Positions 1 through 12,000 of a stretch of DNA of 60,465 nt are shown piece by piece. The notes under the pieces are model-generated. The model did no database searches. It saw only the letters and a program-made list of their open reading frames with translations, and was not told the DNA's origin. The stretch is taken from the IMG/VR virus record IMGVR_UViG_3300021964_009736, positions 1-60,465 of that record; one strand, 5' to 3'. The DNA is from a virus. Taxonomy: Duplodnaviria; Caudoviricetes. A program made the translations under genes and the position numbers. How positions within the stretch are numbered: position 1 is the first letter of the stretch; each line of letters opens with the position of its first letter.

Positions 1-3000
1 CCAAACTTTAAAGGTAACAAGATATTTTCTTACTCTACAGGAGAAGGATCTGTTGATATAGAACTAGGATTTCCTTTAAATTACAGATCTATTGAAAATG
101 TTGGAGATATTACATTTACATTTAACTTATTAAATGACACATATCAGTATCAAGATGATAGTTTTGTTTTTGACATTAATAGTGATATCTGTTTTGTTAA
201 GCAATATAACGAAAGAGAAGAATTTATTTACAAAAATGGTTGGACCAAGGCCTTAGAGAAAAGTACTCAGCGAGTAATATACCAAACTGTAGTAGATAGT
301 ACAGTAAACGATTTTGAAGTTATCGTTTATGATAAACCTTTGACTATAAATGATGTGGAAATTAATATTTCGGTCAACGGTAGTGTTAATCTTGATTGGC
401 AATTGATAGAACAGAACAATACAGTATATATTAGATTTGATAAAAGTTTAAATGAAGGCGACAATCTTGTAATAAAAAGTAAATCTCAAAAGCCAAAGAA
501 TAAAAATGGTTATTATGCTATTCCTAATAGTTTAGAAAAAAATCCTTTGAATAATAACATAAATCAATTTACTCTAGGCGAAGTAAATGATCATGTTACA
601 AGTATTATTGAAGAACTGGAAAATTTTGAAGGAACAAATCCAGGAATAAACAATTTACGAGATTTAGGAAATATTTCTAAATACGGTCAAAAATTTGTAC
701 AGCATACTGACTTGTCTCCTCTTTCTATGTACTTGTTAACTAATAAACAATTCAACATAATCGATGCTATAGATTTTGCAGGGCAAGAGTACGAAAAATT
801 TAAACGTCAATTTATTCAATTTTCAGAAACTTTAGGATTTGATGGTGAGCCTCGACAGCATGTAGACACTATACTTAATGAAATGTTTAAAACAAAACGT
901 AAGTCAGATCCTTTCTATTTTTCGGATATGGTTCCGTTTGGTGGTGCTAAAGAAATTCAGCATATAGTTTATAATCCAAATGAAAAATTCTATGCAATGA
1001 GTGAAATATATTCTAATGACAGTTTAACACAAAAAGCAGTATTAGTATATTTAAACAATACTCAATTATTATATTCTAAGGAATATGTATTTAATGATCA
1101 AGGATTTGTAGAAGTATTAGTTGAATTAAACAATGACGACATTATTACTATTTACGAATACGAAAATACAGACGGAAATTATATTCCTCCTACACCATCT
1201 AAATTAGGTATATTTCCTAAGTTTATTCCTGAATTATATATAGATAATAGCTATCTAGATCCGCAAACAGTAATCAAAGGACATGACGGAAGTAAACTAG
1301 TTGCATACGGTGATTATAGAGATGCACTAATATTAGAACTTGAAAAAAGAATATACAATAATATTAAACAGGATTATAATAAAGACATTTTTGATATCTT
1401 TGATTACTTACCAAGTGAGTACAGGAAAACTGACTACACATTAGCAGATATAGACAGTCCTTTAATTAGCGACTTTATTTCATGGTTAACACTTGTAGCA
1501 AGTAACGATTATTTGTTAAGTACAGATTATACTACTTCTAAATATTACGAAAAGGGTAGATCGTTTACATACAATTATGGCTTTATGAGTTCACCAACAG
1601 GAAAACCATTACCTGGTTGGTGGAGAAGAGTTTACGAGTTTGCTTTTGATACGCCTACACCCCACTTAACACCTTGGGAAATGCTAGGATACAAAATACA
1701 ACCAAAATGGTGGACACAAGTTTACGGTCCTGCACCATACACTAAAGAAAATTTAATACTTTGGGAAGATTTACAAAACGGTATTCACCGTATTCCGGGT
1801 CAAGTTCCTACAGTAGATATAAAGTTTAAACGTCCAAATCTACTTAATAATATTCCTGTAGATTCAGTAGGTCAACTTTTGAGCCCATTAGATAGTAGTT
1901 TTGCAAAAGAATATGTTGAATCATTAGCTAGAAATCCTTTCAAATTTGGTGATGCAGCTCCGGCTGAAAATGCATGGCGCAACAGCAGTGCCTATAATTT
2001 TGCTTTCTTAAAAACAATTATTATTAATAATCCTATGGGGACTATTGCTAAACTATTTGATGTAAGTCGTATGCAGAGAGACAATGCAGGTAATTTAATT
2101 TACACACCTACGCAAAAAAGAATTAAATTAAAAGACATTGTTTTCCCTAACACAGCAAACGACGATGATAGAGTTACAACTAGCGGTTTAATAAACTATA
2201 TTACAAACTATGTAATAAGTTCTCAAGATAAGGTTTACGATAAGCTAAAATTAAATATCAGAAGTTTAAACATAAACATTGGTTCTAAACTAGCTGGATT
2301 TAGTAATAAAGCAAAATTTAAGTTAATTCTAGACAGTCGTACTCCTTATAATCAGGGAAATGTTTTCATACCAGATGAAAATTATAATTTATTTGTAAAC
2401 ACAAGTAAACCTATAGATTTAATTTCATATAGCGGTATATTAATTGAAAAACAACCAGAAGGATTTATAATTTCAGGTTATGATAACGATAATCCTGTGT
2501 TTGTATCAAATCAGTATATACAACAAAACAGTGATAGATTAATTAATGTTGGTGGCATTACAGAACCATACAGAGATTTTGTTGTATCTGAAAGATATAC
2601 TGAAGGTGACGTAGTTAGGAATCAAGGCAAGTTCTACATAGCTAAATCTACCTTTACAGCAAATAGTTTTGATAAAGAAAAATGGCAAATTCTTCCATCG
2701 TTACCTACTAAAGGTGGCGTAGAAGCTATTGCCAGATCTAAATTTGATTCTAATATACAAAACATAGTGCCTTATGGAACACTATTTGAAAACATACAAG
2801 ATGTGGTGGACTTTATATTAGGATATTCGGACTATTTAAAGAATCAGGGATTTGTATTTGACTACTTTAATAAAGATAAGAATTTAATTGAAAACTGGAT
2901 TTCTAGTGTAAAGGAATTCATGTTCTGGACCACAGAGAATTGGGCTGCAGGATCAGTAATTACAATTAGTCCCAGTGCAAACCAATTAAAGTTAAAAACT

Positions 3001-6000
3001 GAATATTCGGTTGTTGATGACATTTTTGATATTTACAGCGGAAATACAATTTACAGTCAAGATGGTAGACAAATTAAACAGTCTAATTTATCAATTGATA
3101 GAAGCGAAGCTAATACCTTTGTTATAAAAAGTAGAGATGATAATATAGGAATTTATCATATAAATTTACCTATTGTTCAAACAGAACATGTTTTGGTATT
3201 AGACAATCAAACAGTATTTAGAGATGTTATCTATGATCAAGAACCAGGATATAGACAAGAAAGAATTAGAGTATTAGGATACAAGTCTGACGATTGGTCC
3301 GGCAGTTTAAATATTCCAGGGTTTATTTACGATCCGGCACAAACAGTAGAATGGGAGCAGTATACTGATTATAATATAGGTTCTCTTATACAATATAAAG
3401 AATTCTACTATGTTGCAAAAACTGAAGTTACAGGTAAAGAACTATTTGATCAAAGTGATTGGCAGCGGCTTACCGAAAAACCAGAGCCAACTTTATACAC
3501 TAATTTTGATTATAGAATTAATCAGTTTGCAGATTTCTATGACTTAGATAGTGATAACTTTGACGCTGCACAACAAAAATTAGCACAGCATTTGATAGGA
3601 TATCAAAAGCGTCAGTATTTACAAAATATCGTAAATGATGATGTAAGCCAATTTAAATTCTATCAGGGTATGATTCAAGAAAAGGGCAGTGCAAATAGTT
3701 TAACGAAACTATTTGATGCACTTGCTAGTGCAAATAAAGATAGTTTAGAATTCTTTGAAGAATGGGCAATACGCACAGGACAATACGGAGCAAGTCGAGG
3801 ATTTGAAGAAGTTGAATTTGTGTTAAACGAAAAAGATATAAGACTAAGTCCTCAGCCAGTTGAACTTGTTAACACAAGACAAGTTGGTACAACAGACTTA
3901 GTTATTAGACAACTTCCGGCCGATGTATATCTAAAACCAGAAGAATATAATCATACACCGTTCCCTACAGATACGTACAAAAATATTACAGAATATGTAC
4001 CAACAGCCGGATATGTTAGACCCCAAGACGTAACATTTAGTGTGTTAGATAAAGATGAAATTGTAGGTTTAGATATTACACAAATAGAATCTAATGAATA
4101 TCTTTGGATTGGTATCGGTGATCCAACTTGGAGTGTAGAAAAACATGTACAAGCAGGAATACAAATTATAGCAATTGAGTCTAGTATAGTAGAAGGCGGA
4201 ACAGTTGATTTAATACTTGATGCACCTATTTCTAATGTGGTGTTTAAAAATGATATTATTGGTATTAATGATATAGACGAAAATACTAATGGCTTCTACA
4301 AAGTCACAGATGCAGTGTTGAATAGGATAACAATTAATGACCCTGCTATTGGTACGTTACAACAAGCAAACGGATATTTGTCTTTATTTAGAAATAATAG
4401 ACTGCCAGATTTGAATCATGCAAATTTACAAGCGGAAAAAAATATTGACGATGGCGAAATATTATGGGTTGACGACGATAATCAAGAAAATTGGACAGTC
4501 ATACAAAATAATCAGCAGTACAACTTATTGCAGAGATTACAAAATCCTAATTTGTTAGATGATAGTTCTCAACCGTTTGATGAGTTTGGTGCAAGTATAG
4601 CAGTAAATTCTGATAACACTGTAATGGTGGTAGGAAGTCCTAAACTAGAAAATGGTGTAGTTCAAGTCTTTACTAGAGCAACAAACCAAAACAATATGGT
4701 ATTCAAACAAACACTAGGACCGCCAGGATCAGTGAAAGGTTTAGGCTATGACGGATCTACTTTAATTAACACAGATGAAAAATTTGGAACTGTTGTTGAA
4801 ATGAGCCCAGACGGAATTTATATGGCTGTAGGAAGTCCGTATGCAACAAATATATCTAGTGAATATAGAGGAAATTTTGATGACAGCGTACCTTACTCTG
4901 CAAATGAAATTGTAAAGTTTCAAGAAAGTTATTGGAAAGCAAGATTTGATATCCAAGCAGGCGCAACAGGCGGCGCCCCTTATCTGACTAACACTTCATT
5001 CGCACAGTTTGCAGAAGAAGTTGATAGTACCCAAATTAATTTGCTTAATTTAGGCAATTACAGAATGGGAGATACTATAGTAGACCATATGCTTGTAAGA
5101 GCACCTACACAAATGTTTAATGCAAGTAGTATTGGTGATACTGTTGTATTAAAATGGAATGAATACACTGGAGCAAATACAGGATCATATACGTTACAAA
5201 GTAGGGTTCCGTTCAACGGGCTGTTTAACGAAATAAGCACTTCATTCTTGACAGGTAGTCATACTATACTTAGAAAAGTAGATCATGTATTCTATGTAGA
5301 CAGTGCAATTAATATTCCTATTATAGGCGAAACTGTAAGCACAACAGATGCAAGTAGTAAAGTTGTGTATGTAGCAACAGACAATGCTAGATGTATAATT
5401 TATACTGAAGGAACAAACGGTCAGTTTGCATCAAGCGGTGAATTACTAGTAAACGGTACAACAGTTGTAGGAGATTATTTAGAAGATTTCCAAAATGTAA
5501 GCGATAAATTTAGTGGTTACTGGATGATAGGAACTGCTCAGTATAACAATTCTCCAGGCGATTCATCAGACATTTACTATGATGCCGGAAACGGACTAGT
5601 GTATCAAGATCTTATACCAGCAAGTGAAAATAGAGCACCTTATGAATATTATAATGTAGCAGATAATATTGTTGATATAGGACCTGTAGGAAATATTCTT
5701 GATGACGACAAAGATAGAATTAGTAATTTTGGTAATCTAAGTTACCAATCGGCGTTACCCCATACAAGTGTGCCACTTGGAATATTTGAAAGTAATTTAT
5801 GGTTCTTTAAAGCACCAACAGGATTTACTGACAAATATAATGTAGGTGCAGATTTCTATTTCTATGCCTTACCGGAGTCATTATATAATAATAATGATCC
5901 AGAAAGTGTACCTCCTTATGCAACAAATATAACAGATGATATATCATATCTAAATAAGCGGCATGAAATATACGATATATGGGATGGTTATATAGAAATT

Positions 6001-9000
6001 GAAGTAAGCGGAAATCAAAACCCTAGACCAAATGGAACACCGTATCATTTAATAGATAGACTTAACTTAGACGGACAAAATAATCCTATATACGACTTTG
6101 CACTGCCGGGTAGTAATTTAGATCCTGTGCAATTTTGGATCAGGGGAAGTCAAGGCGGTGTGGGTAGAGTAGTTTGGTATCAAAGTGATGGTAATAGGGC
6201 TAGAATCTATCTAAAAGATATTAGAGGTGATTGGACAGCAGGTAATATTGGATCACAAGCAACTATCGAAAGATTTAGACCAGGCTTAGATGTAACTAGG
6301 CCGGAGCACAACTTCTTTCCTTCTAAAGTTGATTTAAGTAGTTCAGGCGGTGCTAGAATTGCTGGAGACATTGGACCAGGTGGCGGAGTAAGTGATTACG
6401 ATAGCGAACCTACAGGAGGACTAAACTTTGACCCTGTGGCCTTAGTAGACGGAGATGATAATGCTGAGACTAGAGTTTATGGTAGCATTACAAAGGTAGC
6501 AGTCGGAAATAGGAATAACGATGTAGGTAAAATTGTTGTTTCTCGAAGAACAGACGAAGATTTAAGCACAATTAGTACATGGCCAGTAGTAAAGCCAGCT
6601 ACCGGTTTAGATGTTACAGTTCAAGAACTAAAAGACATTGAGTATTGGGTGTACATTGCACAAGATAGGATAGGAGCAATCAAAGTACCTCAGTATCCTA
6701 CTAGTTCAAATTTGTCATGGGAACAAGTTTACAATCTAAAGGCAAACCAAACAGGACAATTAAGCGGACTAACTAACCAAGGTATAGTACACATTTATAG
6801 GAGAAATAGATCCGGCACTTATAGTCATTTGTATAGTTTCATTTCTGAGAAATTAGAAAATAACATTTATTTCGGATCAAAAATTAAAATCATTCAATAT
6901 GATGATACCTATTACATGTTTGTTAGCGCCAAAGGTACAGGTAATGCAGGAATATCACAGTCTGGAACAGGCTTTATACAGATGTATAAGTTTGGTACAT
7001 ATACATCTCAAGGACAAGAAATAAGTGAATTTATTGTTGACCAAGATCCGTTATTTAGAGGTGTTTGGAGTTCAATAACAAACTATAATGATAATGAAAT
7101 TGTACTGTTTAGAGAAGAATCAGGTACTTATATTGAACAAGGATATGTTGAAGACGGTTATATTTCTTCTATTGTGAATGAAGGTGGATATGTAAACAGA
7201 GGATACGTTGCAGAAGGTTACAGTGTTTATGTAGAAGATTTCTTCAACCAACTATACGAAGCAAGAACTAATCTTGCACCGGCACCTGTGTTTAATCCTG
7301 ATGATTGGGCTGTAATTACAGGCATAAAAGAATACAATTCAATTTTGCCAAACAGAATAGGACAATATATAAATGATAAAGTTTTCTATGACGAATTAAA
7401 TTATCTTGTTGAATATGCAAGAGATTTTGATGTTAATGAAAACGGTCATGTGCTAGTGGTTAGTAGTGTATTAAGTGGTACTAATAATTCACCTAAGTCG
7501 GCCGTACTGGTATACAGATTAAACAGAGGTCACTACGAATTATCCCAAACAATTTTTGCTCCTAACAGTAATTTAGTTGATTTTGGTAGTAACGTAAGTA
7601 TTAATAAAGACGGAAAAATACTAACAATTAGTGAGCCATTTAATGACGAAGATGCACTAGACCAAGGTAAAGTTTATGTTTATACACAACAGCACGTTAA
7701 CGGACAAGCTCAATTTGTTCAAAGCCAAGTGCTCAAAGGCGCTGTAAATGAAGCTGCTGAAATGTTTGGATATAGAACACAATTTAGTGAAAATCAATTA
7801 GCAGTTACAAGTAGACTCGGCAATATTAAACAAGTCACAACGTTTGACAGCAAGCAAACAACATTTGATAATTTGTTTACAACTTTCCAAAACACTTCGT
7901 TTAACACTGGTGCTGTAAGTCTTTATGAAAATATTAATGATACGCTAGTATACGCAGGACAATTTAACTATGATAGTGATGAAGAAACATTATCAAAAAT
8001 ATTGTTCTTTGGCGAGAATATGAAGTTATCAGATAACCATCTGTATGTAGGACTTCCGACTATAACTACCGATGCTTATGAAGGATTAGTAATAGACTTT
8101 TCTAAACCAAAAGATAGTAACACATGGTCTATACTAAGACAACCTGTAGATAGAGTTAACCTAGAAAAAATTAAAGGAGCATATCTATATGATACAAAGT
8201 CTAATCAACTACTTGCAAATCTTGACTACATTGATCCTGTACAAGGAAAAGTTGCAGGAATAGCAGAACAAGAGTTATCATATAAAACTTACTACGATCC
8301 TGCTCTTTACAATATAAGCAATAATACTGATGTAGTAATAGACACATCTGATATATGGGATGAAAGATATGTAGGGCAATTATGGTGGGATTTAAGCACA
8401 GTAAGATTTATTTCTACGTATCAAGGCGATATTACTTTCCAAACTAATAACTTCAATAGCCTATTCCCAGGAACTGATATTGACATTTATGAATGGATAG
8501 AATCAGAATATATTCCTAGTGTAAGAGACGAATTAGCACTTACTATAGAAGGAGAAATTGAAGGGATAACAGGACAATCTAAATATGGAGATAGTTCTTA
8601 TGTTCAGGCGCAAAAGTTTGATAAAAGATCTAGAACTTTTGTTAATAGATATTATTATTGGGTCAAAGCACCCACTACAGTACCTAATGTAGAATTTAGA
8701 TCTCTCAGTGCATTCAATGTACAAAATTTGATAAAAGATCCAGTTGGACAAGGTTATAAATTTGTTGCTCTCCTTGCAAATAACAGATTTGCATTAGCAA
8801 ACTGTCAGGATTTAATTACTACTGACACATGTTCTGTCAACATACAATATTATACTATAGAAAACAAAAATCAAAATATACACAATCAATATCAGTTAAT
8901 TACAGATGGTTTATCATCTAGCACACCTAATAATACGTTGTTTGCAAAATGGACTGATAGTTTAGTAGGCTATGATAAATTCTTTAGACCAGTTCCTGAT

Positions 9001-12000
9001 CCTGATATTAGTCCTAAGATTAGATACGGAATAGAAAACAAGCCACGTCAAAGTATGTTTGTTAACAGGTTCGAAGCGTTAAAACAAGTTGTTGAAAGAA
9101 GCAATGAAGTTTTTGCTAACAATATTATGGTTGATGATTTTGATTTATCACCATTGTTTGATAGAGATGCAGAGCCAGCACCTTCAGAAAGAAGATATGA
9201 TGCTATTGTTGATACTGACGTTGAATTAGACTTTGTAGGCGTAGCAAATGTTAAACAAGCAATATTAACACCAGTTATTGAAAATGGAAAAATTATTGAT
9301 GTAATAATCACAGACCCTGGTAGAGGTTACATAGATATTACATACGACCAAACTTCGGGAAATCCAAGACAAGGACCAAGCTATACTATCACCGGTACTG
9401 GAACCGGAGCAGTAATAGAAATTACTTTAGACAATTTAGGTAAAATAAACTTAGTCCAAGTTATTAATAGCGGAGAAAGATATGAGGCTGATACAGTCAT
9501 AACTGTGCGTCCGTTTAGTGTGCTTGTACGAGCAGATAGTTTTGTAAACGGAAGATGGGCAATTTATACAAGAGCTGAAGGATTATGGAACAGAGTCAAA
9601 ACACAAGACTATGATGTCACAAATTATTGGCAGTATATTGATTATTATGCAGATGGTTATAATAAATTTACTGAAATCGATTACACTATTAATCAAAGTT
9701 ATCAACTAAATGGATTAAATGATTCAATTGGGGATGTTGTAAAGGTTGAATCTGTAGGAGGCGGTAGTTGGTTACTATTAGAAAAGATAGCAGAAGAAAA
9801 TAATGTTGATTACACTATAAATTATAAAACTATAGGTAAAGGTAACGGAACAATAAAACTACTTCCTACATTGTATGATATTTCTCAAAGTGTAGCAGGT
9901 TTTGACACAGTAAGTTACGATACACAATTTTTTGATAATCAACCTGTAATTGAAACAAGGGTTATACTAGAAACTATAAAAAATAATTTGTTTGTTGATA
10001 ATTTGGCGATAGAATTCAATCAACTATTTTTTGCTACTGTAAGATATGTGTTGTCTGAACAAAATTTTGTAGACTGGATTTTCAAAACTAGCTTTGTAAG
10101 AGCAAAACATAATGTAGGAGAATTATCTCAACGTAAAACATTTAAAAATGATAGTTTACCTAGTTATCAAGATTACATAGATGAAGTAAAACCTTATAAG
10201 TCAAAAATTAGAGAATACATTAGTTCTTATGAAAAACAAGAAACTACAGAATCGGTAGTTACTGATTTTGATTTATTTCCAGAGTATGACAGTAGTACAA
10301 GAAAAATATTACCTGAATCTATAAGAATTAGTGGCAACGAAATTACAGGAGCTAGTAGAAGCACAACTCTTTATCCTAAACGCCATTGGGTAGAAAATTT
10401 CAAATATGAAGTAAGTAAAGTTAATGTTAAAAATCCTGGTAGTAATTATGTTTTGCCACCCAAAATTACACTAGTTGGCGGAGGTGGCACCGGAGCAACA
10501 GCTAGAGCATTGTTGTCAGGAGGTAAAGTATCTGCAATAATAGTTGTCAATCCTGGAAGAGGATACACGTCTGCACCTGAAGTAATAATAGAAGGTAGTA
10601 TTAAGGAAGACGGATCACCTGCTACAGCCTTTGCCGAACTTAAAAATACAAAAGTCAGAGGCACACATGTAACTGTGAAGTTTGACAGACTCAAAGGGCA
10701 ATACGAAGTACTTGATGCAAATGAAATAGAAACATTTGTAGGCACAGGATCAAAGTTAATTTATGATGTAAAATGGCCATTTGATTTAACACCTAGTAAA
10801 ATAAAGGTATTAGTTAATAATGTACCTGCTCTTTCAAGTGAATATACATATGAAAATTTACCAGTAACTAATGCACCATATGAAAAATATCACGGCAGAA
10901 TAGTATTTGTTAAACCGCCAGAAGATAGAGCAGTAGTAGAAATTAAATATCAAAGAAGTAACGAACTGCTTGATGCAACAGATAGAATAAATCAGTACTA
11001 TAATCCTACAAGCGGTATGCTAGGAAAAGAATTAGGTCAACTCATGACCGGCATAGATTACGGCGGCGTTGAAGTAAAGAGTTTTGATTTTGGTACAGGC
11101 ACAGGTTGGGATAGCGATAGTTGGTATACAAAGACATGGGATACCTATGATACTACTTACGAGGACGAAGTATTCCAACTAGATCCTTCCACTGTAATTC
11201 TTGATCTAACAAAACCTTTAGAAGATGGTGTAATTTATAATGTTTATAGAAAAACAGCAAACGATTTACAACCAGTAAGAATTGATGATCCAGGTTGGTT
11301 CACTTCAACAGGCGTTTCTAGCTCTAGTGTTTATACAATAGATAGTGAGGATGCACTAATTGCCAACACAAATATTCCTATCAGCAGGACACAGGCAGGA
11401 AATCCATTGGCAAATCCAAATGCTCTTATGCCAAGTCTGGTAGGAGATGGAATACAGGATACTTTTGATCTTACACAGTATAATATTCCTGTTGAAGACA
11501 ATGATGTGATAATAATTAGAAAATCAACAAGTGACGGGTCATTTATTCCTGATCCTGAAAGTTATGATACCCAAATTACCGGAGGTAATTTAGCATATAA
11601 TACAGCTAAAGGTATAAACGCTGATGAAATCAACATAGACGGCGACGGCTTTGTTACACCTACAACTTCAAAAGGCCCTGAGGAACTTGTGCCTGGACAA
11701 GTATTAGATACTTTAGATATACAGGTTTATGATAGAGTTGCAGATGGCGGTTGTGCTATTGACAATAGAAATTATATTGTGGACGGAAACACTAATGTAT
11801 TTGAGTTTGATACTATTCCTAATACAACAGATGCAGTATTTGTCAAAGTAGAAAATAGTATCTTACCGCCAGATGAATACGATATAAATTTTGCTAACAA
11901 AACTATTACATTATTAGTAACTCCTGCTGCAGGATCAAGAGTTAATATAATTGTAATGGGAGTAAATGGTGAACAAATACTAGATATTGATACATTTTCA

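Noticed and set aside
340-342. TTG start for the giant ORF given in the ORF track
   Set aside because: The frame is open from base 1 with protein-like sequence, so the gene starts before the window.
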